From: Candidatus Atabeyarchaeum deiterrae
GTDB taxonomy: Archaea > Asgardarchaeota > Atabeyarchaeia > Atabeyarchaeales > Atabeyarchaeaceae
Direction: 5' to 3'
Length of the DNA: 64,000 nucleotides
Assembly (NCBI GenBank): GCA_037310415.1
Contig: CP147780.1
Location: forward strand, 2,432,001-2,496,000
In this document: piece after piece, positions 18,987-27,622 of the stretch
How positions within the stretch are numbered: the stretch's first letter is position 1
Layout of the letters: each line of letters opens with the position of its first letter
Program-made: the position numbers and the translations under genes
Notes under the pieces: generated by a model
Database searches by the model: none
What the model was told of the DNA's origin: nothing
The model's input: only the letters and a program-made list of their open reading frames with translations

Positions 18987-19346
18987 TTGACCTCTGTGAA
19001 GATGACAGATTCGATCAGCGATGTCCAAGTGAGCTTCACGCAACATGCTTTGCAGAGGTTGCAGGAAAGATTTGGCGCCGCCCTTGACATCTTGGGCAAA
19101 CTACTTCATAATTCCTTCAGCTTTGAGTCGTTCTCCGCAGGTGGGAAAACCAATTGGAGAATGATAATACCTCTAAGATTTTGCCTGATCGGAGCATTTG
19201 AACAGGATTGGTTCGTCGTCAAGACAGTATTCTTCAATATTAGTCAGACTCAAGCGAAGCGAGTTAGCGGAGTCAAGAGATTGCGGATAATAAACATAAG
19301 TGTTCCACCACTCGAGTGGCGGTCGCCCGAGATGAAAGTGCAGTAA
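18987..19346 (+). CDS. Hypothetical protein, DUF4258/RelE-like pattern
   Basis: FTQHALQRLQER near the N-terminus and FVVKTV strand; SD gggagg upstream. Confidence 0.6.
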   Translation: MTSVKMTDSISDVQVSFTQHALQRLQERFGAALDILGKLLHNSFSFESFSAGGKTNWRMIIPLRFCLIGAFEQDWFVVKTVFFNISQTQAKRVSGVKRLRIINISVPPLEWRSPEMKVQ

Positions 19347-19368
19347 GGCGGAGACGAAATCTCATCGC

Positions 19369-20145
19369 TCAGAGGAATTCGTCGTCTTCCCCTTCTCCCC
19401 AAACGCTTTTGATTCTAACAGCGAGATCAGGTTCGTCGAATAGCATTATCAGATCCTTATCGGAGGGATATCCAAGAAAAGGACTCACCCTTAAGTCTTC
19501 AACATTTACGACGATAATCGAGAAACCACTTTCAGTAGCATTGTTCTTCTGGTTCCTGTAGAATGAAATAAAGGGGGCGGGTGTCTCTTCTGTGGGAACA
19601 ACCAAAATGGATCCCTTGCGCAGTTGACTAAAGAGTTTTGGCGCATCGCTAATTGACTCAAGGACTATAACTTCCACCTTGCTCCCATCCTCTTTCTCGT
19701 ATGTTTTGGGGCCCGTATTCTGGCGCTCTGCAATTCGCCTGTAGCCTGCCTTTGAAAACATGCTGTTAACAGTTTTTTCTGATTGCTCAACTCGCATTCT
19801 TCGCAATCTGAACAAAGCAGATTCAAAGTCTGATTCACCTGGATGAAATGTGTGTGAGTGATAGAAAAGCGTCCCTTCAAAATTGTCCTCCTCGTGAAGA
19901 AAAGGGCAACCTAACAAGTAGGGTGTCGCCCCAATAATACTTATGACCATAAGCTGATCTGGACGAAGGTCGTACTGCTCTCTGATGGATTTCTCTTCAT
20001 TACTGGACAAAGCGACTTTCATTAAACTCTCTCGTGATTTTACAAAGAGTTCCAACCGTGATACAACCTTCACCTCATTCAGATACTGAAGCATGTCATT
20101 ACATACAGTTCGTAACTTCCTCTCTAACTCAGTAGGTAGGCTCAA
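19369..20145 (-). CDS. Conserved-looking archaeal hypothetical protein
   Basis: 258-aa ORF; C-domain ILVVPTEETPAPF...IIVVNVE...SPFLGYP looks like a degenerate restriction-endonuclease-like alpha/beta fold (inference). Confidence 0.7.
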   Translation of the reverse strand: MSLPTELERKLRTVCNDMLQYLNEVKVVSRLELFVKSRESLMKVALSSNEEKSIREQYDLRPDQLMVISIIGATPYLLGCPFLHEEDNFEGTLFYHSHTFHPGESDFESALFRLRRMRVEQSEKTVNSMFSKAGYRRIAERQNTGPKTYEKEDGSKVEVIVLESISDAPKLFSQLRKGSILVVPTEETPAPFISFYRNQKNNATESGFSIIVVNVEDLRVSPFLGYPSDKDLIMLFDEPDLAVRIKSVWGEGEDDEFL

Positions 20146-20237
20146 TAATCCAAACCTCTTGTTTGATACTGCTGCGATATCGCGCTGCTATCTCGTCATC
20201 CACAATGAGCATGTCTGTCACTGGTCATGTAAGTTTC

Positions 20238-20927
20238 TTAAGCAGTGATTTTTCCTCCAGTTTTTGTGCGAGCTAATCCGACAAATCCAAATAACAGGGG
20301 GATCAAGGTCAATGTCCTTAGAGTAAACCATAACGGCAGTAGCGGCGTTTCTCTCCACAAGAAATAGAAAGGAACGACACAGGCGAATGTCAACCAAGCG
20401 ATGGCTATGAGTAGAGTGGACACCCGCTTAGAAGAGAAGAAGTCTACTAGGAAAAAGGCTGTGAAAAAAACAGAAAACGGAATCACGAAGAAGATTATGT
20501 GAATCGTTGAACTGAATGTGAAAACGACCAAAACATAATCGTAGTAAAATAACATAAGTTCTTGAATGGCAAAGAATAGCAGAGTGGACAGAGCTCTGAG
20601 GGATTTCCGTCTAAATATGAAAACAGTGCAGCCAGCGTAGAAAAAGATTAGCATCAAGGATACAAGGGTCTGCCTGATGAAGTATGTAAGGCTGTCCACA
20701 TTGATTAGACCAGCCGAGAAAGCAAATTCCGCCAGATGAGAGAACCCATAGCATGTTAAGGCGATTCCCCAAAACAGTATTCCCCGCATCCTATTGCGGA
20801 AGTATCTTATCAGTACAAAGATACCTACGCTCAGCATCAACAACCCGCTGACCAACGGCGCTAACCAGTCTAATCCAATCGTAGAGGACAATCTCAGACC
20901 CCACAATAATGAATACTCGTACCTCAA
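20238..20927 (-). CDS. Seven-transmembrane sensor-like protein
   Basis: Seven hydrophobic segments with no cytoplasmic output domain. Directly downstream of the KaiC-like gene. Confidence 0.8.
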   Translation of the reverse strand: MRYEYSLLWGLRLSSTIGLDWLAPLVSGLLMLSVGIFVLIRYFRNRMRGILFWGIALTCYGFSHLAEFAFSAGLINVDSLTYFIRQTLVSLMLIFFYAGCTVFIFRRKSLRALSTLLFFAIQELMLFYYDYVLVVFTFSSTIHIIFFVIPFSVFFTAFFLVDFFSSKRVSTLLIAIAWLTFACVVPFYFLWRETPLLPLWFTLRTLTLIPLLFGFVGLARTKTGGKITA

Positions 20928-20935
20928 TATCCTCG

Positions 20936-21688
20936 CTAGAATCTATCCAGCGCTGCTCGAATCTTCTCCTTAGCTGAACCAGATAATTCAACTCCCTCGT
21001 GAGTTATCTTATATGGCAACCATCCTGTAAATTCATGCTCCGGACCGTATTTCTCGATACGCATCCTTCGCTCCGGAACGTTTCCAGACTTCTCAACGCG
21101 CATCTCCATGATTCCGTCCGCTATACCTGAGAACGATGCCACCTGTTCTTTTGGTAGCGAATCACTAGTTATCATCGTCAGGCCAATTAGGTTAAGCTGT
21201 TCGAGTCTAGATTGAAGGAAGTTGAAGAAAGTGAGAGCTTTTTCGAAACCTATGTGGTTAACGAGTGTCGAGAATGTTTCTGTGATTCCTACTCCTTCTT
21301 CTCCGACTTCGTTTCTAGCCATGATCATGGAGGATCTTAGCTCTGCTATGTTCTTCAGATTCTTAACATAGTATTTCTCTGAGCTCTGCTCCAACCCGAG
21401 CCAGTAGATACTGCAATCAACAAATCTGAATTTCCCCTTCTTATCGAATTGCCTAAGGTCCCAGCCAAAGTAATTCATTTCTTTCCTGATACGTTCAGGA
21501 GTCGAGTCAATTGTGGCATAGAGACCAGATTTACCTTGCTTGAGGGCGTTAAACAAGATCTGTCTCGCAAATATCTCGTATCCTGACCCTGGTTCCCCAA
21601 GGACAATGTAGTGTCCGGCGAGTAGACCGCCTCCAAGGACATCGTCCAGTTTGCCGATGTCTGTGCGTAGAACAGGGCTTTTCGCCAT
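20936..21688 (-). CDS. KaiC/RAD55-family ATPase with degenerate Walker motifs
   Basis: TDIGKLDDVLGGGL, Walker A GEPGSGYE, ADGIMEM...RRMRIEK. Confidence 0.88.
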   Translation of the reverse strand: MAKSPVLRTDIGKLDDVLGGGLLAGHYIVLGEPGSGYEIFARQILFNALKQGKSGLYATIDSTPERIRKEMNYFGWDLRQFDKKGKFRFVDCSIYWLGLEQSSEKYYVKNLKNIAELRSSMIMARNEVGEEGVGITETFSTLVNHIGFEKALTFFNFLQSRLEQLNLIGLTMITSDSLPKEQVASFSGIADGIMEMRVEKSGNVPERRMRIEKYGPEHEFTGWLPYKITHEGVELSGSAKEKIRAALDRF

Positions 21689-21890
21689 TGGGCGGACTCC
21701 ACCTCACTTCATGGACCAAGCGAGGGCCAGTTATTAGATTCCTCTTATGCGAAAGTGAAGTGACACCAGGTCAGTGACAACGTATAGGATTGTTCCAGTA
21801 CTTAAACTACTAAGCATGATCTCAGCAAGCGTTGGATTGCTTCAGCGAAGGTCGCATTAGACAGGAAAACCTTGATGAGGACACCTTCGC

Positions 21891-22105
21891 ATGGACATGA
21901 TTGATGTTCACTTGATTCTTTCTCAAGGATCCTTCACTGTTACAAGACAGTTCCGATCTCAGCTTCTAGTAAGGGCAAAAGCAATGTGATGGCTGCGGTT
22001 GGAATAATCCCAGTGAGCGTTAGCCCGCCGATTCTCGCAATAGGTATTGATGTACAAGCTTGGCAAGCAGGGACCTTTGCTACACTTGGGAGGAGATGTA
22101 TTTAA
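21891..22105 (+). pseudogene. Frameshifted, truncated flavin reductase-family remnant
   Basis: MDMIDVHL then, in a shifted frame, FSRILHCYKTVPISASSKGKSNVMAAVGIIPVSVSPPILAIGI, resembling the flavin reductase N-terminus (G..NVMA..W..PVS..PP.LA). Stops at 22105. Confidence 0.65.
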
Positions 22106-22203
22106 TACGACGGATAGAGAAACAACTCAGGCGAGGTCATGAGTTGCCTCGTGTATGAGGAGATAAACCGTGAATCGCGAAACAGAAGGAAGGAGGCAAG
22201 CCA

Positions 22204-22638
22204 ATGGTCGGAGGTTCAACGGCACTGAATCTGACTCAGGTGATTGTTTGTAGGCTGGATCCTGGTCAGGATCTGATCGAAGGAATAAAGAAAGTCGCTA
22301 GAAAACATGGAGTCGTAAGCGCATCCTTTAATGCCATCGGTGTGTTGAGCCCTGCACGGGTTGGATACCTTGACAAGAAGACAATGACGTACAAGACAAT
22401 TGAGTATACTGAACATGTTGAACTGATCTCGTGCAGCGGTCTCCTGACTCAAAAAGATGGAGAGGCAGACGTTCACGCCCACTTGGTCGTTGCAGACAAA
22501 GAGGGAGAGGCCCATGGAGGACATGCATTGGATGGCTGTCGCGTTGACGTCACATGCGAACTTGTCATGTATGTTTTTGATAAAGTAGTTAGACGAAAAC
22601 CCATTCCCGGAACAAGTAGGAACTTGCTGGATGTCTAG
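22204..22638 (+). CDS. PPC domain / DUF296 protein
   Basis: RLDPGQDL, AIGVL, ELISCSG and HAHLVV....GEAHGGH motifs. Confidence 0.92.
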   Translation: MVGGSTALNLTQVIVCRLDPGQDLIEGIKKVARKHGVVSASFNAIGVLSPARVGYLDKKTMTYKTIEYTEHVELISCSGLLTQKDGEADVHAHLVVADKEGEAHGGHALDGCRVDVTCELVMYVFDKVVRRKPIPGTSRNLLDV

Positions 22639-22677
22639 CACAGAGTATCGATCCCAGAAGTGGATGGGGCTGATCTC

Positions 22678-23586
22678 CTATTTGTCGTACAGATGTTCGC
22701 TGATTTCCTGGATAGCACTTTCACTACCTTCGTTTACCGGAATCAACTCAATCTCATCAGTTGTGCTAATACCCATCCCCAGCTCAGATGCCCTAGCTAA
22801 CTGTTCTATTTCGAGTATCTTTCCTTTCGAGACTTCACGGGTTGTACCGTATTTCCTAAGCACGGCAACTCCAACGGCGTCTAACGCGACTCTGTCATTC
22901 CCCGCAATGAGGAGACCTGGTTCTACTACCGTGCCTTGGTGTGGCCCTCCAGTTGTGAACGCTTTGATCCCATCCATGATTACGAAGTCGGGTTTGTATG
23001 CTTTGTTAATCTCAGCGATCATGAGACGCTGAAATTTCGAGCTATGAAGTTCACCCATGTACGGGTATCCGACTACGGGATCTGTTTTGGCTATCATGCC
23101 GACGGAGTTTTTTAGAGACATTGTGATGTGTCCGCCAAACTGGTGAGTCTTTAGACAACAAGTCTGTATGATCTTGTCTGCTTCCAAGAATGCTTTTGCA
23201 AATAGGTAGCCTCTCTTCCAATGAGTGCCATCTGGTCCCTTCTTCAGCCACCCTTCCTTTCCGACATTATCCAGATCGACGACTTCGAAACCCATTTTCT
23301 CGGCTAGATCCAGAACACCACGGTCTTGAAGAACCTCGGTCGTGATTCCCATCCCACTTCGTTCCGCCAAGATTATGTTTCCCGCTTCGGCATCTTCCTT
23401 CAGATACTTCACTATTGTAGTGAGTGTATCTATATGAGTTGAAGCTGGGTAATCATCCGCGCTGTTGTAATTTGCTTTCAGAGCAACCTCTTTCCCGCGG
23501 TAGTCGGATGGACTGACCATCTTAGCAATTAGAGACTTCACTCCACCTACTCTATCATGGCTCTTGAGAATGAATACCTTGCTAAT
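22678..23586 (-). CDS. DUF362 family protein (probable non-canonical ATT start)
   Basis: LKANYNSAD, ERSGMG, CLKTH..GG..TMSLKNSVG and DRVALDAV motifs. Frame is open to ATT 23586 after SD ggagatga. Confidence 0.85.
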   Translation of the reverse strand: MSKVFILKSHDRVGGVKSLIAKMVSPSDYRGKEVALKANYNSADDYPASTHIDTLTTIVKYLKEDAEAGNIILAERSGMGITTEVLQDRGVLDLAEKMGFEVVDLDNVGKEGWLKKGPDGTHWKRGYLFAKAFLEADKIIQTCCLKTHQFGGHITMSLKNSVGMIAKTDPVVGYPYMGELHSSKFQRLMIAEINKAYKPDFVIMDGIKAFTTGGPHQGTVVEPGLLIAGNDRVALDAVGVAVLRKYGTTREVSKGKILEIEQLARASELGMGISTTDEIELIPVNEGSESAIQEISEHLYDK

Positions 23587-23691
23587 GATTCATCATCTCC
23601 AGAAGACGCATTCTTGCGCTTTGCACTATTCAACATTGGTACATACGTTAATCATAGTCATAAGAATTGCATTTATGGCAGTTTGGATCGT

Positions 23692-24285
23692 TCATTTTTC
23701 GCGGGAAGCCAAGGCATGTTTTATGAATGACTCGATCTGCTTTGCTGACACGTTTCCAATGATCTGGCTCTGCCCGAAGACGAATGTTGGGACTAGCTTT
23801 ATCTTATCGGTCACAGCATCACGCTCTGATCTCGCCAGTATTTCCTCATATGAGTCGCGCCCAGTAGCCAATTGGTCTCTGAATTCCACTGGATCCAGAC
23901 CGATCTTTCCCACGACCTCCGACAATGAGTGAAGCTGCCCTATATTCTCGTCGTGATTCCAGAGAGCGTCGAAAACGGCATCCGTGTACCTAGCTTCCTT
24001 GCCGCGCGCTTTTGCGTAGAAGAATCCCAGCAGGGCCATGTGGGAATTTGGCTGGATTTTTGGAGCACGCATCCATAGGCCTGCTTCCTCAGCGAGTCTC
24101 GCAATCCTTGGATCCACGGAATCATATTCTAGTGTGATCCCTTCAACGGGCGCTTCGGGCACAATCTCCCATGGACTGTAATCGAAGTGAACAGCAGGAT
24201 ACTTTGCAGCAAAACGGTGAATGTTTTCATTTGCCACTAAACAGTAAGGGCATACATAGTCAAAGTAGACTTTCACTTCAATCAT
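23692..24285 (-). CDS. DsbA/FrnE-family thioredoxin-fold protein
   Basis: YFDYVCPYC and VPTFVF cis-Pro loop. Confidence 0.9.
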   Translation of the reverse strand: MIEVKVYFDYVCPYCLVANENIHRFAAKYPAVHFDYSPWEIVPEAPVEGITLEYDSVDPRIARLAEEAGLWMRAPKIQPNSHMALLGFFYAKARGKEARYTDAVFDALWNHDENIGQLHSLSEVVGKIGLDPVEFRDQLATGRDSYEEILARSERDAVTDKIKLVPTFVFGQSQIIGNVSAKQIESFIKHALASREK

Positions 24286-24407
24286 GACTCAAACGCGCCC
24301 CAATGCTGCGTGAGGTTAGAACAGTCGATTCATTCTGTAATTGCCTTAATCAAACCTTGGTCGCTTAGACAGTTATCTCAGTCAGAAATACTGTGAAAGG
24401 CTCGAAG

Positions 24408-25517
24408 TTACCTCTTTCTCAATTCCATATTGATTCTCTCTCTGAGCAAAACAAGTTCCCTTACCGTAAGCCTATCTAGTTGAGCCTCCAACTCTTCTAT
24501 AGAGGTATGCTTCATTGCAGCATCGTAGGCTTGATTCGCTTTAACACTGGGACCAGTAGAGATCTCAGCAAAATGAGTTTCCACAGGATGAGAAGCCAAT
24601 TCCTTTGTGACATCCTTCGTGCTAATAATACCCATTCCACTACTCGTTACCAGCAGTCCCTTCCCTACGGTTGTGTCAGGCTCCGCAGTCTTACTTCTGA
24701 GGATTGGAGTATAGAAAAAGCCTTGTGGGGTGAAATTCTGTTCAACAAGACCAGCGCGTACGAATGCCATCATCATGCCGACTACATCAGGAACACTCAT
24801 TCCTACTCTCTTGGCAATCTGACGAGCTGATTTGCCTTCATGTAGATTCAGTGCTCTCAGCACAGCCCTCTTGATCAATGTTCTTATCTCTTCTTCCTTA
24901 TCCGCAACTCCTCTATTGAGCCTTGTCGTTTGCATTTTTATGGCCCGGATTTCTTCTTCCGTCGGAAAATGCGCAGGGATCCCTAGGTCCTTGACTGGAT
25001 AGTAGAAAAACTGCCCTCGAGTGACGTGCTTTACTCCAATCATTCCATGATGGGCAAATGGTTCAATCACTTGGTGAATCTGCGCCGCGTCCATTCCAGT
25101 TTCCTTCTCAATCTGGGAAAGTGTCTTGCCTTCACCTAGGTTTAGAGATTTGATGGATTCTACCTGGCTAGCGATTCCCAGCAGCCGTTCTTTCTTTGCT
25201 AGGTCTTCCTCAAGTCTTCTTATCTCTTCCTTGAATCTTACAACTTCTCCTCGCAGCCTTTTGATTTCTTCTTCTCTTGGGGTAAGACCGTCATGCTTCT
25301 CGACGTATAGTGGGTAGTATATGTCATGTCGCCAATCGTCGGTCACTCTCTTGCGCGCCGCGAGTCCTGCGCCAACAAAAGGAACAACCATACAGACCAC
25401 GTCAGACTTGCTGAATCCAAACTCACTGGCAATCTCAGAGACCGACTTACCGTTCCCCAAATCAAAGAGTCTCAATGCAGTGAGACTCGATCTCCCGAAT
25501 CTTGGGTTCCCGATCAA
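24408..25517 (-). CDS. Triple winged-helix / coiled-coil repeat protein
   Basis: Three repeats L..L.L..GK(S/T)..(E/Q)I....G.....V......F...G(L/M)...(Y/F)Y.P separated by heptad helices; SD ggaggg. Confidence 0.8.
   Translation of the reverse strand: MIGNPRFGRSSLTALRLFDLGNGKSVSEIASEFGFSKSDVVCMVVPFVGAGLAARKRVTDDWRHDIYYPLYVEKHDGLTPREEEIKRLRGEVVRFKEEIRRLEEDLAKKERLLGIASQVESIKSLNLGEGKTLSQIEKETGMDAAQIHQVIEPFAHHGMIGVKHVTRGQFFYYPVKDLGIPAHFPTEEEIRAIKMQTTRLNRGVADKEEEIRTLIKRAVLRALNLHEGKSARQIAKRVGMSVPDVVGMMMAFVRAGLVEQNFTPQGFFYTPILRSKTAEPDTTVGKGLLVTSSGMGIISTKDVTKELASHPVETHFAEISTGPSVKANQAYDAAMKHTSIEELEAQLDRLTVRELVLLRERINMELRKR
24702..25478 (-). repeat. Three internal wHTH repeats (about 25478-25308, 25160-24993, 24863-24702)
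   Basis: Protein-level self-similarity, partly visible in DNA (ggcaatct...ttgccttca-like segments). Confidence 0.75.
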
Positions 25518-25862
25518 GTCTACCCCTCCACTTCAAACTTGAGTAAAGCCCACATTGTCGGCAGGAGTCAAGTAATGACCCATACAGGAAGACACATTAA
25601 TGGGACGTTTTCAATCTCCTTGAATATAGAGGTACTTAGTAATCTTAAATAGTATGTGTCTCAAGAATACCTCCGATACGAACTGAGGAACGCAGAGGAA
25701 GTCACTATCATTTTCCCGATGGTTCCCTCTGGAATCCCCGTGATGGGAGCGATCTAGCTCCTTGAGTGGGCAAGTATGATTTTTCAATCCGTGATCTCAG
25801 GTCTGCGCCAACGACCTTTCTACTGCTGAACATAACCGAACATCGCCAACCTCTCAGAGAGG

Positions 25863-26624
25863 CTACTTACACGCGCTTCCTTCGTAGAGTTTCAGTTTAG
25901 TGTTCTTCGTCAGATTTATTTCCTGCACATCTATTTCACCGTTCTCATCGATATCGATAACGTTAAACGAGTTGCCGAGTCGAGCACGCGTCCTGACGCA
26001 TGATAGTGTTCCTGCATTGACGAATAGCGTGTTGTTGATCTTGATTGCACGCTGCACGTGCCTGTGTCCCATGATTACGAGTTGAACATTGTTTCGGAGT
26101 AGAAGCTCAAGCACGTCCCCAGCATCTTCAAGCACGTTTATCTCTCGACCTGAGTACGGAACTGGGACCACATGGTGGTGGAGGGCCACGATCTTGAACA
26201 CTCCACGGGGTAACTCCTTTATTTTGGATTCAAGGAAGTCTTGTCTTCTCCGCCCAAGTCTTCCTTCGTCTCTGTCGGGTTCGGGACTGTTCATGACGTA
26301 GATTACCAAGTCTCCTTCCCTTTCTTCAAAGTCTGGTCTTCCGATGAGTTCCTTGAACAACTCTTGACCGTAGTTTCTTTCATCGTGATTGCCTGGAACG
26401 AATACTTTTTTTTCCGGCAGCAAATCTATTTTCTTTAATGCAAGTTCATAGTCTTCAAGAATGCCCCAGTCGGTTAAGTCCCCCGTGTGTATCAGAAGGT
26501 TTGGCCTTGGTTCGAGTCTGTTGATTTCTCTGACTGCTTTCTCAAAGAAGTCTGGCTTGAATTGACCGACAGGCGATATGTGAGTATCCGAGATGTGGAC
26601 GATTCTTGTCTTGATATCTCTCAA
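25863..26624 (-). CDS. Calcineurin-like metallophosphoesterase (Icc/CpdA-like)
   Basis: SDTH, TGDLTD, PGNHD, LHHH and GHRH motifs. Start TTG 26624 after SD ggaggtg. Confidence 0.92.
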   Translation of the reverse strand: MRDIKTRIVHISDTHISPVGQFKPDFFEKAVREINRLEPRPNLLIHTGDLTDWGILEDYELALKKIDLLPEKKVFVPGNHDERNYGQELFKELIGRPDFEEREGDLVIYVMNSPEPDRDEGRLGRRRQDFLESKIKELPRGVFKIVALHHHVVPVPYSGREINVLEDAGDVLELLLRNNVQLVIMGHRHVQRAIKINNTLFVNAGTLSCVRTRARLGNSFNVIDIDENGEIDVQEINLTKNTKLKLYEGSACK

Positions 26625-26727
26625 TCCAAAAACACCTCCTGTCCATGAACAGTGACTTGTCAAGCTGCCCTACGATTTGATTGCAGATACAGATAAACTT
26701 GTTCTTAGGCTGGGATTCTTGCTTCAC

Positions 26728-27396
26728 TCAGAGGTGCTTGATTAGATAACTAGTAACGAGAGAAACAACAGTCTTCCCTTTGGCGGTGTAGATATGATTC
26801 GCACCGTCGATTAGTTGAAGAGTTTTCTCCTTCGCGTTTTCCAGTGACTTGAGTACCTTCTCTGATTCAGAGTATGGAACCATCTCGTCCGCTGTTCCAT
26901 GCACGAGGAGAACTGGACTACTCACTCTTGGAGTAAATTCAAGCACATCGAGTCTTGTCTCAGTTGGATTGGTTGAAGGACTGATGGACACAATCACTTT
27001 GGCATTCACCCTCTCGGCAGCCATGAGTACGAGACTCCCACCAAACGAGTAGCCAACAAGAGCGATTCTTTCGCGATTGACATTCTGCTGTTTGCGGATG
27101 AATTCCACTGCTTTTATTACATCTTCTAACTCTCCTCGACCTTGGCCATATGTTCCAGTGCTCTGGGGGACTCCACGATAGTTGAATCTGAGCGTGTTGA
27201 ATCCCTGTTTTGAGAATTCGCGAACAAGATCGGTAAGGAGGTAGAAATCCATAGTCCCTCCGAAGTTCGGGTGGGGATGGCATAGGACAACTCCAGGAGA
27301 GTTTCGAGATCCTCGATGCATAAGTCCTTCAAGATATACGCCAGACTCACCGAATCTCACCTTTTCTTCAAGAATCGCAGACATCTTAGGCATCAC
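26728..27396 (-). CDS. Alpha/beta hydrolase
   Basis: CHPHPNFGGTM, RFNYRG, GYSFGG, HGTADEMV and GANH motifs. Confidence 0.92.
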   Translation of the reverse strand: MMPKMSAILEEKVRFGESGVYLEGLMHRGSRNSPGVVLCHPHPNFGGTMDFYLLTDLVREFSKQGFNTLRFNYRGVPQSTGTYGQGRGELEDVIKAVEFIRKQQNVNRERIALVGYSFGGSLVLMAAERVNAKVIVSISPSTNPTETRLDVLEFTPRVSSPVLLVHGTADEMVPYSESEKVLKSLENAKEKTLQLIDGANHIYTAKGKTVVSLVTSYLIKHL

Positions 27397-27622
27397 ATCC
27401 TGAAGCGTTACGTCTCCGAGTTTTGCAGCAGAAACAACATACCGAAATCAGGACAACTAGCTGTGGAGTAGTCGGAATAATCCAGAGCATTTAAGTGTTT
27501 CTTGTTACAGATTACCGATATTGTTAAAGGGCATGACCTAAGAGTTTTTAATTCTGCAGAATCGATAATAGGCCGTACTAGTTTTTGATCAGGACAAGAG
27601 CAGTTGTGTGGTTGATTCTCAT

